From the NCBI RefSeq assembly GCF_006345805.1, contig NC_042997.1:78926001-78990000 (forward strand): a stretch of 64,000 bases of DNA. Reading direction: 5' to 3'. This stretch comes from Octopus sinensis (lineage: Eukaryota). Below the pieces are notes generated by a model. It did not search any database. It was not told the origin of the DNA and saw nothing but the letters and a program-made list of their open reading frames with translations. Below, one piece after another: positions 10,261 to 21,550 of this stretch. A program made the translations under genes and the position numbers. The number at the start of each line of letters is the position of its first letter. Within the stretch, counting starts at the first letter, position 1.

Positions 10261-12786
10261 ATTGATTGATTGATTCTAGTTTCAGCTAATGAGCTGTGGC
10301 CATGCTGGGGGCACCGCCATTTGGTGCTGCTACTTGGTTTTACTTCACGAAAGCTTTTAGCAACTGCCATTTGGTGCATGAGAGAGTTTGATGGCAGCTG
10401 CCCTCATCTGCACCTCCTGCCGTGAAGTTGGTTCATCTGGGACACCTGACAGGAAGAGATCCAGTTTATTTAAAGACATCTGCATCCACCCCATGCAGGT
10501 CTCTCAGGTTCTTCGGGAGGATATTGAAGAGCTGGGCCTCGGAAGCCCAGGCTATCACAGTATCTTGTCCTACATCTTGATGGCAAATTTGGAGTCCTAG
10601 GCACCATGCAGTGGCGCCCAGTTCTGTCATTTGTGTAACTCTCGATGCTAAAGTTTGAGACACGTCCCTCCAGGATCTTCCAGATATATATTATGGCATA
10701 TCTTTCCTGCCTACGCTCCAAGGAATATATTTTAATCTCTTGAGTCTTTCCTAGTAGCTTACACTCTGCATAGAGGCTATCTTCTTCGTGTAGCTACGCT
10801 GGATTGCCTCGAGCTCTGTGATCAACTTGACACTGGATGGTGAACATAGCTGAGAGCAATAGTCAAAGTGGCTCAGGACAAGTGTCTTCCAGAGGACCAT
10901 CATGGTTTCTTGTTCTCTTGTTCTAAAGGTTCTGAGAATCCATCCGGCCAGTCGTCTACATTTCATTGCCAATTTAGCAACATGTACACGAAAGGTTGCG
11001 TCATCACTCATGTAAATACCCAGGTCACGCACTGATTGTGCCTCTGGGATTGCTATTCCTCCGGGTCCAGTGTATTCATTGGGTATTGCATTTAGTTTTG
11101 CATGCTGATAGTATAAAGCTTGAAACGTTTCAGCATTGAACTGCATGCTATTCTTTTCAGCCCACTTGTATATTTTGTCCAGCTCACATTGCAGGCGTTT
11201 AGTGTCCTCAGCGTTCTGTATTGCCTGTGAAATTTTTGTATCATCTGCATAACTTGTGATCGTTGCTCTCTGCGTGGCTGAGGGCATGTCTGAGAGGGCC
11301 ATTATGAACAGTAGTGGTCCCAGAACAGTACCCTGCGGAACACTATTTGCGTGTTAATGGCTACTACCATCTGACTTCTATCTTTCAGAAAGTCATGAAG
11401 CCATTCTCCCAGTTTTCCAACTATGTTGAGATCACGCAGTTTGTGACATATCATTCCATGATCGACTTTATCAAAGGCCTTTGCAAAGTCGAGATATATC
11501 ACTTCCACATTGAGTGGTTGAGCAGCCGTTTCAGCACCCAGCATAGTGTTGTAGGAGCTGAGTTAAACAGCTTCTCCTAGTCAGAAACCACGTTGGGTGT
11601 CGGCAGCAAGTCATTTTCTTCAAGGAAGGTGATCAGTTTCCTTCTGACTATTCGTTCCATGACCTTGCTGATGTGTGAGGTCAGAGAGATAGGTCTGTAG
11701 TTCTTGGCCTCCGCTCTGCTACCTCCTTTATGAATGGGGCATATTTTACCTTCCTTCAGTTTTCTTGGAAGTTTGCCAGCTGCAAGGAAGCTCTGAAAGA
11801 GGAACTGCAGTGGTCTTGCTAGGACTCTTTTACATGCTTTTAGGAGGATTGCTGGGAATCCATCGGGGCCAGTAGCTGAGTCTGTTTTCATTTCATCTAT
11901 AGCCTTATTACATCGTCTTCCTTTTATATCGATGTAATCTATCGTTGCCACCCTCTGATTTTATATCGCAGTGTGGAAAGAAGTCAGTTGGATTGTGATT
12001 TGGAGATGCCCAAGGGGTGGAGTGAAAACACTCTTGAATTGCTCATTCAGTATTTCACTTACCCTCATTGGTTTTCCTGTAAGTGTGCCATCCTTTTCAA
12101 GGAGTGGCCCTATTCTACAGTGCACCGTAGCTGTTTCTTTGGCATACCTGTAGAAAGCTCTAGGGTTAGATTTTATGTTGTCTATAGCTCAGGCTTCTTG
12201 TCTGCTCTTTCCTTTCATGTGAGAGTTGCAGACATTTTCAATTTCCAACAGTTTATTTTAGGCGGGACTTTTCACTGCCTTTCAATCTGTTTGTTTAGGC
12301 GATTTGAAATTTTGTACGCCGTCTCATTAAAATTTTCCTCTCTCTGGGATTTGTTCTTGTGTACAGTGGCCTTTTCTCTGGGAACATTTGTAGCATATGG
12401 TTGCATTACAGACATGAATTGTTGAAGTTTCACGTCGATGTCTGGAGAGGAGAGACATTTAGGCCAGTTTTGTTTGAGGATCGCTTTCTCAATTTGTTTC
12501 CAGTTTGCCTTATGGTAGTTCAAGCTGGAAAGATTCTGAGGGTTTCTTGTAGGCTGCATGTCCGTGCTCTCTTTTGGCCGTACATGGTCAGCTCTACCAT
12601 GTGTGATCCGAGAGTAGTGTCGGTGTCACTTTCACATTATGGATGAGATCCATGTCATTGTGAAGCAGAGATCCAGTGTGTTACCTGCCCTGGTTGGTTG
12701 GAGTATTACTTGCTCCATGGACAGGGTGTTGATGAGGTTCAGGAGGGACCTCGCCTGTCCTCGTTCACATCTTGTCATTCTTGGGA
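10261..12786 (-). mobile_element. CR1/L2-group LINE copy 2, 5'-truncated and frameshifted
   Basis: ORFs 10470..10721, 10751..11302, 11302..11544 and 11577..11951 are near-identical to copy-1 peptides; same 3' tail at 10277-10315. Confidence 0.92.
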
Positions 12787-12832
12787 CATATATATATACA
12801 TATACAATATATATATATATATATATACATAT

Positions 12833-12932
12833 NNNNNNNNNNNNNNNNNNNNNNNNNNNNNNNNNNNNNNNNNNNNNNNNNNNNNNNNNNNNNNNNNNNN
12901 NNNNNNNNNNNNNNNNNNNNNNNNNNNNNNNN
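12833..12932. other. Assembly gap (100 N)
   Basis: Directly visible. Confidence 1.
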
Positions 12933-13673
12933 GTTTGCCTTATGGTAGTTCAAGCTGGAAAGATTTTGAGGGTTTCTTGTAGGCTGCATGTCCGTGCTCT
13001 CTTTTGTCCCGTACATGGTCAGCTCTATCATGTGTGATCCGAGAGTAGTGTCGGTGTCACTTTCACATTATGGATGAGATCCATGTCATTTGTGAGCAGA
13101 GATCCAGTGTGTTACCTTCCCTGGTTGGTTGGAGTATTACCTGCTCCATGTACAGGGTGTTGATGAGGTTCAGGAGGGACCTCGCCTGTCCTCGTTCACA
13201 TCTTGTCATTCCGGAGAAAGGCCCTCGGGCCATCTGACATTGGGCAGATTGAAGTCTCCCATAAGAAGCACACCTATGTGTTGTTCTAATGTGTTAGAAT
13301 TTCTTCTATTTTTATAAGGCAGTCTTCAAACTTGCCACATGGCTTTGGGCATCTGGAGGGCGATATGTAGCACACACAACTACATCAAGTTTGCCTAATA
13401 TGTACAATTAGTGTGTCACACACACGAGTTTGAGTATGACAAGAGGCCTGGGGGTGTGAGGTCCTCACGGATGTACATAGCAACACCTCCATGACTCCTT
13501 TCTTTCCTGTCGGTCCGTAGTACACATACTGTGTATGTGTAACTCCGCATCTGCTATGTCCGGTTTCAGGTGCGTTTCTGTAAGTGCTATGCATAAGGCT
13601 TGATTGCATGCAACAAAGTCTCTCAGGAACGGGATCTTTGTCCTGTTACTGAGTGTTTGCAGTCCTCTGATGT

Positions 13674-14300
13674 TCAGTAGGAGTATCGAGGTGAGGTGTA
13701 CGTTGTTGCCGGCGGTGTCCATCCTGTGTCTGTTTGCTGTGGTGGTCTGGTATATAGTGGGTAGTCCCACCTGCGGGCTTGGGTTTGATGAAGCCAGGTC
13801 AGCTGCTGTACAATCGTTTGTGCCATGCACAAAAGATTGTTGCTCAGCAGCTGCTCTTTCGACAACATCATGTGGTCTGTTTGTGGCGCGCACAACATCT
13901 CGTACCTCCGCTTTGGGGCAGGTGGTGCGTGGTCCATCCCTTTTCTTTGTGTTGATGGTTTGTCCATCTGCCTCGTGTCTCTGTGGCAGGGTCCCCGATG
14001 TGCAAAGTGGCAGCCTGCACCTTCCTTTCCATGCCAGCAGGAACCTCTCAGGTAGAACATACACACCCGTGTGCGCTGTTTGGTTCCATCCTTTGCGGTT
14101 CCACTTCTATTTCTGGTTGTTTCACTCGTTGGTCCTGCTTTGAGCTTTTTCTTTTCCTTTAGCTCTTCCAGTTCTTCTTTTAGTTCTTCTTCTCTCTCCT
14201 CCTCTTCTACCTCTTCACCGGGTTCTCCGTCTCCATGGCCCTTGCTGCCGGTTGGACAACTTGCATCTGGGTTCACTTCCCGGGCAGGTTTCTCATTCAA
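13674..14300 (-). CDS. LINE ORF1, C-terminal part: acidic coiled-coil linker and CCCH zinc finger
   Basis: EEVEEEEREEELKEELEELKEKKKLK followed by CMFYLRGSCWHGKEGAGCHFAH (C-x7-C-x8-C-x3-H); its end overlaps the ORF2 start. Confidence 0.75.
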   Translation of the reverse strand: MNEKPAREVNPDASCPTGSKGHGDGEPGEEVEEEEREEELKEELEELKEKKKLKAGPTSETTRNRSGTAKDGTKQRTRVCMFYLRGSCWHGKEGAGCHFAHRGPCHRDTRQMDKPSTQRKGMDHAPPAPKRRYEMLCAPQTDHMMLSKEQLLSNNLLCMAQTIVQQLTWLHQTQARRWDYPLYTRPPQQTDTGWTPPATTYTSPRYSY

Positions 14301-14593
14301 AACCTACTCCGGGCGTCCACCAGGTGGGGGTGACTTCTTTCATCGTCTCCATCCATCTTGCCATCTTTGCTCCGCTCGTTCTCAAAGATGGCATCAAGTG
14401 CGCCAATGTGCGACCGTACAAGCGCATATGAGCGCACGAATTCCTGTCTCTTTCGCTCCATCTGAGCCGCTGTCCTCTTGTAGCCTCTGCTCTTCAGCGC
14501 AGCCGCAATCACCTCCCTAGGGCTATCTCCGCCGGCGCACTCCCATGCTCGTACGAATAAATCCAGCTCGTCACGTCTCCATGCTCTGGACAT
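14297..14593 (-). CDS. LINE ORF1, N-terminal part: Myb/SANT-like (trihelix) domain
   Basis: ATG-initiated; W-x3-E-LDLFVRAW...IAAALKSRGYKRTAAQMERK...F.R.Y...LDAIF resembles the Myb_DNA-bind_4/GT-1 pattern. Judged by eye only. Confidence 0.65.
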   Translation of the reverse strand: MSRAWRRDELDLFVRAWECAGGDSPREVIAAALKSRGYKRTAAQMERKRQEFVRSYALVRSHIGALDAIFENERSKDGKMDGDDERSHPHLVDARSRF

Positions 14594-14740
14594 GCTGGAT
14601 AATCCGTCTATCCGTTTATCTATCTAATTATGTGTATATATATGAATATATATATGTATATATATATATGCATATATATATGTATATATGCATATATATA
14701 TGTATATATATATATGCATATATATATGTATATATATATA

Positions 14741-15846
14741 ATTAATCAATATAGGGTGGCAAAAAAAATTTTGTAGAATTTTTTTGCCACCAGCGGCCTA
14801 GTGGGAAAAAATTAAATAGTCATAGACCATTTTTAAGTTCAACATCAACAATCAAGGAACGGCCATAATAGGCCATTCACCCACTAGAAATAACAGCCAA
14901 AGCTTTAACCGCAAATAAAAGTCAATTCCGTAAACAGGAGAAAATTTTAAAAACATTTACCCTGTAATTTCTTATACGATGCACCGTTTCATCTGCTGTT
15001 TCATGGTAAACTAACTTGATTAAATTAAATCAAGCCAATCTTCCATAGGCCCTCAGATTCTTCAGTAAGAAATAGCCACAAGTCGGAACAGATATTTTCA
15101 AGAGGCATTTCCGACCCTGCCAAGGTAATATCTGACCTAAAATTTTGAAATCATCGCACTCGCGCCAAATTTATCGGCAGCAAATAAAAATATAAGCCGT
15201 CGATTCCATTACGGAATTAACCAGAAAATTCATAATTAATCAATATAGGGTGGCAAAAAATTTTCTCCTGTTTACGGAATTGACTTTTATTTGCGGTTAA
15301 AGCTTTGGCTGTTATTTCTAGTGGGTGAATGGCCTATTATGGCCGTTCCTTGATTGTTGATGTTGAACTTAAAAATGGTCTATGACTATTTAATTTTTTG
15401 CCACTAGGCCGCTGGTGGCAAAAAAATTCTACAAAATTTTTTTTTTGCCACCCTATATTGATTAATTATGAATTTTCTGGTTAATTCCGTAATGGAATCG
15501 ACGGCTTATATTTTTATTTGCTGCCGATAAATTTGGCGCGAGTGCGATGATTTGAAAATTTTAGGTCAGATATTACCTTGGCAGGGTCGGAAATGCCTCG
15601 TGAAAATATCTGTTCCGACTTGTGGCTATTTCTTACTGAAGAATCTGAGGGCCTATGGAAGATTGGCTTGATTTAATTTAATCAAGTTAGTTTACCATGA
15701 AACGGTGCATCGTATAAGAAATTACAGGGTAAATGTTTTTTAAATTTTCTCCTGTTTACGGAATTGACTTTTATTTGCGGTTAAAGCTTTGGCTGTTATT
15801 TCTAGTGGGTGAATGGCCTATTATGGCCGTTCCTTGATTGTTGATG
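14741..15846. repeat. ~495-bp unit repeat with an internal orientation switch (fold-back)
   Basis: Forward unit 14741-15235 restarts at 15236; from ~15261 the sequence is the reverse complement of the unit for about 1.2 copies. Confidence 0.92.
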
Positions 15847-16269
15847 TATATATATATATATATATTGCATATATATATATGCATATATATATGCATATAT
15901 ATATATGCATATATATATGTATATATATATATGCATATATATATATATGTATATATATATATGTATGTATATATATATGTATATATATATATGTATGTAA
16001 TATATGTATGTATATATATATGTATTATATATTATGTATGTATATATATATATGCATATATATATATGCATATATATATATGTATGTATATATATATGTA
16101 TATATATATATGTATGTATATATATATATGTATGTATATATATATATGCATATATATATATATGTATATATATATATGCATATATATATATGCATGTATA
16201 TATATATGATATATAATGCATATATACATACATATATGTATATATATGTATATATATACATATATGCGT

Positions 16270-16301
<32 letters not shown>

Positions 16302-16318
16302 ATATACATGTATGTATA

Positions 16319-16410
<92 letters not shown>

Positions 16411-16426
16411 TAATATATATATATGC

Positions 16427-16460
<34 letters not shown>

Positions 16461-16582
16461 TATATTATATATATGCATATATATATATATATAATATATA
16501 TATATATATGCATATATATATATATATGCATATATATATATATTATATATATAATATATATATATGCATATATATATATATA

Positions 16583-16628
<46 letters not shown>

Positions 16629-16636
16629 TATATATA
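15847..16636. repeat. Compound (TA)n microsatellite with TGCATA/TATG interruptions
   Basis: Directly visible. Confidence 0.98.
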
Positions 16637-16640
16637 TTTT

Positions 16641-17066
16641 GCTCCATCTATACCGGATGTCGCTTCTCCCACCACCATTATAGGTGTCTACTCTTCGAAC
16701 CCCCCCTTCAATACGCTATTTCACCATGCATTACCGCTCTCTCGATATCCTACGTTCTACTTGCCTAGAACCTGTCATCATTTCTCTGAACCACCCCTCC
16801 CCACTGGTGCTCCCCTATATTTCTGCACCCCAAAAAAAGCACCATCCGAACGTGGCCGATGCTAGACCCCTCTGGCACCTGTGCAGGTGGCACGTTAAAA
16901 AACACCCACTACACTCGCGGAGTGGTTGGCGTTAGGAAGGGCATCCAGCTGTAGAAACACTGCCAGACTAGACTGGAGCCTGGGGCAGTCCCGAGCTCCC
17001 CAGACCCCGGTCGAAACCGTCCAACCCGTGCTAGCGCGGAAAACGGACGTTAAACGATGATGATGA
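16641..17066 (+). mobile_element. Bipartite non-autonomous RTE derivative (5' UTR joined to 3' UTR)
   Basis: First ~190 bp shares motifs with the RTE 5' UTR at 1600-1880(-): CCATCTA(C/T)ACCGGAT, ATATCCTACGTT, CCTGTCATC, TGCTCCCCTATA. The remainder is the RTE 3' tail with (GAT)n. Confidence 0.65.
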
Positions 17067-17633
17067 TATACATGTATATATATATATGCATGTATATATA
17101 TATATATATGCATGTATATATATATATATATGCATGTATATATATATATATATGCATGTATATATATATATATATGCATATATATATATATGCATGTATA
17201 TATATATATATATATATATATGCATATATATATATATGCATATATATATATGTATATATATATATGTATATATATATATGCATGTATATATATATATATG
17301 CATGTATATATATATATATGCATGTATATATATATATATGCATGTATATATATATGCATATATATATACATGTATATATATATATGCATGTATATATATA
17401 CATATATATATATATGCATGTATATATATATGCATATATATATGTATATGTGTATATGTATATATGTTTGTATATATGTGTATATATATGTACATATGTG
17501 TCTATATATGTATATATATGTATATATATAATAAAAAAATGTATGTATATATGTATGTATATGTATGTATGTATGTATGTTTGTATGTATATATGTATGT
17601 ATGTATGTATGTATATATATATGTATGTATGTA

Positions 17634-17669
<36 letters not shown>

Positions 17670-17795
17670 TGTATGTATATATGTATGTATATATATATGT
17701 ATGTATGTATGTATATGTATGTATATATGTATGTATATATATATGTATGTATGTATGTATATGTATGTATATATGTATGTCTATATGTATGTATG

Positions 17796-17829
<34 letters not shown>

Positions 17830-17910
17830 TATATGTATGTATATATATAGATATGTATATATACATATATCCATATATAAATATATACATATATATATAT
17901 ATATATATGT
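17067..17910. repeat. Compound microsatellite: TGCATG(TA)n then (TATG)n
   Basis: Directly visible. Confidence 0.98.
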
Positions 17911-18849
17911 GTATACATATATGCCTGTCCCTCTATCATATTTTAGCCTCACAATACGCATCATAATGCTACCCACTGAGTTGAATGGGCTTCCTTTTTT
18001 GTTTTGCAAGTTACTTTGTGACCTCGCCTGCACCATTATCACAAAAAGCACCAAGTGCACTTTGTATTGTGTTTGGCATTAGGAAGGGCATTAAGCCATA
18101 AATGCCATGCCAAAGAAGACATTGGAGCTCAAGTCTTCTAGCTCATTGAATTTTGTCATACTTTCCAGCCCATGCCAATTATACACAGACACACACACAC
18201 ACACACGCATATATGTATATATATATATGTATGTACGTATTTTGTCTTATAAGAATTCAGCGAATTCAAAATAATTAGTTTTAACTATAGAAATTGAAGC
18301 ACATAAAGCTACATGTAAATAAATATTGGGTTAAAAACACTTTTGGATAGAATAAAATCGAAGGTTGCCCATGGGACAGTCACAGGCTGTCTTTGACATT
18401 GTGTTATCCAAAAGGGATTTTAACTTTGTTTGCATATCTTTGTATGGACACTAACTGGAAGTGGTGACATTTGTTTATGTCCTGCAGCTTGTTGGTTCAG
18501 CACATGAAGGTCTATTTGGAATAAAGAACCTTACTTGAAAACAAATAAGACTTGACCTCAAGACGTCTCATTAAATCTGTGCCAGTATTGAAAAAGCAGG
18601 TGTAAAAAGCAATAATGATGATGATGATACTTTCTTTTTACAATGCAAATTTATTTTGTCAAAGATACATTTTTCAAACAGGTAGAAATGTTTTTGTTGT
18701 TTTTTTTTTAAATACAAAATCCACTTTCTTAAATGCAGCTGTGGCATGAAACCTGTGTTTTCACTATGTTTGTATATGTAAGCCCACTTATTTTCTAAAA
18801 TGGGTTATTGGACCAGTTGCACCAGTATCAGATTATAGAAATGTTTATA

Positions 18850-19718
18850 CAGCGTGTCTCAAAAGTCACTGAATGGTTTCAATTTTTAATAATTTCCTTA
18901 ACTTTACAAATAAATGCATGAAATTTTGATGCAATATAAAGGACATAATGGAAATTAATATGTACAAGTTAAATTGTGCAACACCACTACATCACATATG
19001 AAAAATGATATTCCTTAAATTACAGCCATTTTTGGTTTCACACAATTGCTATTTCCAAAACTTGCACCATAACACCCTCAAGAGTTTCAGACCCCATTTC
19101 TCTGATTTCTCTTTTGATGTTCTCCTTCAGTTGCACCAGGGTCTCTAGTTTGTTGACGTAAACCCTCTCTTTCAGGTGTCCATGATTGAGACCTTTTTGC
19201 ACTCGACCATTCAAAGTAGACCTTGCACATGGTTCCAGCAAGATGGGGCAACTGCTCATACCACAAGAGAAACAATGCAGTTGCTACGGCAGTGCTTTGG
19301 AGAAAGAATAATCTCCCACTATGGCAATGTCAACTGGCCTTCATGTTCTCCAGACTTGACTAACCCTGATATCTTCTTGTGGGGATACTTGAAAGAGAGG
19401 GTTTACATTAACAAACCAGAGACCCTGGTGCTACTGAAGGAGAACCTCAATAGAGAAATCAGAGAAGTGAGGTCTGAAACTCTTGAGGGTGTTATGGTGC
19501 AAGTTTTGGAAAGGGCACAGGCATGTGAAGCCGAAAATGGCTGCCATTTAAACAATGTCATTTTTCATATGTGATGTAGTGGTGTTGCATATTAATTTCC
19601 ATTATGTCTTTCCATACTGTATTAATTTCCATACTGTATCAAAATTTCATGCATTTATTTGCAAAGTTAAAGAAGTTATTAAAAACTGACACCCATCAGT
19701 GACTTTTGAGACACCCTG
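18850..19718 (+). mobile_element. DD41D (rosa-type) Tc1/mariner derivative with ~335-bp inverted arms
   Basis: TA TSDs; ends CAGCGTGTCTCAAAAGTCACT / AGTGACTTTTGAGACACCCTG. ORF 19176..19574 has WFQQDGATAH...WPSCSPDLTNPD with 41 residues between the 2nd and 3rd catalytic D. Confidence 0.9.
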
Positions 19719-20593
19719 TACTTGGAATAGTTTTATGTATAGGTAGAATGTTGACATTAACTTTAACAGGAGAGTCAATTTAACCTCCTTATTTCAAAGG
19801 TTTTATTTTTAATTTAAACATATTAAAATTATTAAAAATCATGTCTACAAGTTATAAATTTGTTAAAGGCTGGTTGTTTAATTTCATTTGATTATATTGA
19901 AGCATACATTAGTATATGTGTACATGTAACTGAAACTTTATCTGACAAAGTCACACCCTATCTTTTTAAATAAAGGATATATTAAATATAGTTCTTGATA
20001 TACAAACGAGATAGGAACATTCATGACTGAAGTGTCTTTAATAGCTGATAAAGTGAGATTTAGGGCCAAACAACTAAGTTTACTTTCAGCCATTGAGAGA
20101 AGGCCCCTACATGGTTACTCAATTTACTAGATACAGCAGCCAAATTCTCCACAAGTTATACCCTACTGTCATAAATTAAGGAAGATCAACTGGACAACAT
20201 AACTCTATGTATACAAAATGACAAGCTTGTGTGTGTGTATGTGTGTGTAAAATAGTAAGCTGGAATGTAATGTTTTTACTTGTTCAAGGAATAATTCAGA
20301 AGGCATGTTAACTTTCTAATATTTGAATTATTTTTTGGAATACTTTACTGTTTTAAGTATTTGACTTATTGTATTGATTTATTTATATTTTGAATTGGAA
20401 TTCTTGAGATTCTTGAATTGTTGACAACATGCAATGGTATTTCAGTTATGCAATGGTATTTCACTTATGCAATGAAAGATATCTCTGTAAAAAACCTCAG
20501 ATCAATTGTCAATACCAGAATACAACATAACTAATGTCTTAAGCTCTAAAGTGCTAGTAATGACTGGTACTTAACTGTGTCTTATGGCATTAA

Positions 20594-20811
20594 GCCTTTA
20601 GCATTTAAACTGGTCATATCTAGCCCAAATATTTTATCTGTTTTATGTTCAAACTGACAAGATTCAGAGTCTCACATCTTTTCTACAATGTCATTCTAAA
20701 AATAAACAATCACATCATCTAAACCCTGAAGCCATGAGATATTCATGGTTAATTCATAACAATATAAGTAAATAGCATTACATTTGATAGAGTAACCTGA
20801 ATGCTAAATGG
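20594..20811. mobile_element. piggyBac-type MITE (TTAA target)
   Basis: TTAA-GCCTTTAGCATT ... AATGCTAAATGG-TTAA; a diverged copy lies at ~48052-48250. Confidence 0.75.
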
Positions 20812-21279
20812 TTAAACAGATAAGTAATATTTCTCACCCTGGATAAGTGGTCAGTTTATTGCAAGTTGAAATAGCAATTAATTTACATACTCCAAAATAA
20901 AATATTAGTAAGTTACACTCACAATTTTGTGAGAAACTCTATTGTATATTTGAGATTAGTATTGTCTCTGCTGACAGTAACTATTGTTTGTTATTTAAAT
21001 ATCTGAAAATATAAATAGAATAAGGGATAGGAAAATTATAAAAAATTAAACAAACTTTGGAAATAATATTTTAGTTGCATGAGAATAGTTCCACACTGAA
21101 GACTTTGTTTCCTATTTTCATGGCTTAGTTCATTATAACAGTGACAGTACTCCTTTATTTAACATTTAAGGGGTTATTTAATTGGCCACTTGAAAATTAG
21201 GATCACTATAAAGCTTGTAATTCTGCAAGATTTCCATTATGTGATTTATGCACACTAAACTACAGATTACACATCTTAA

Positions 21280-21517
21280 CCCTTTTGATACTAACCCACT
21301 AAAGATAGTTCTATGTTATAAAATCTGTATTAAAGTGTTTACATTTAAATTAAAACCTGCCATCATGAATTTTATGTAAGGAATTTGTTTCAAACACTAG
21401 CTTAATGAAAAAGTTAACTTATTATTTTACTATTTCCTTCCAAAGTCTTTATTATTTTCAAAATTTATTGAAGAATACAGACAGTATATTTCATTAGAAA
21501 TATAGCCATGATAGAGG
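21280..21517. mobile_element. Degenerate piggyBac MITE of the CCCTTT(C/T)G(T/A)TAC family
   Basis: TTAA-CCCTTTTGATAC start; its end region resembles 4480-4533 and, in reverse, the 32675-32836 element. Confidence 0.55.
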
Positions 21518-21550
21518 TTTTCCCTTATTGACAATTTAATTTTCAAGAAG

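Larger units (their letters stand above)
12933..14625 (-). mobile_element. CR1/L2-group LINE copy 3, 5' part containing ORF1 and the start of ORF2
   Basis: Overlaps copy-2 sequence by ~280 bp and continues into the APE N-terminus (MDTAGNNVHLTSILLLNIRGL...IALTETHL, ATG at 13722). GC-rich block bounded by a TA microsatellite at ~14630. Confidence 0.88.

Noticed and set aside
14071-14520. 149-aa Ser-rich + strand ORF, and ORF 13604..14143
   Set aside because: Antisense shadows of LINE ORF1/ORF2.
15802-18082. Long ORFs of up to 341 aa rich in Y/I/M/C/H
   Set aside because: Translations of stop-free TA/CA microsatellites; the same applies to ORFs at 4967-5615, 7276-7680 and 29756-30718.
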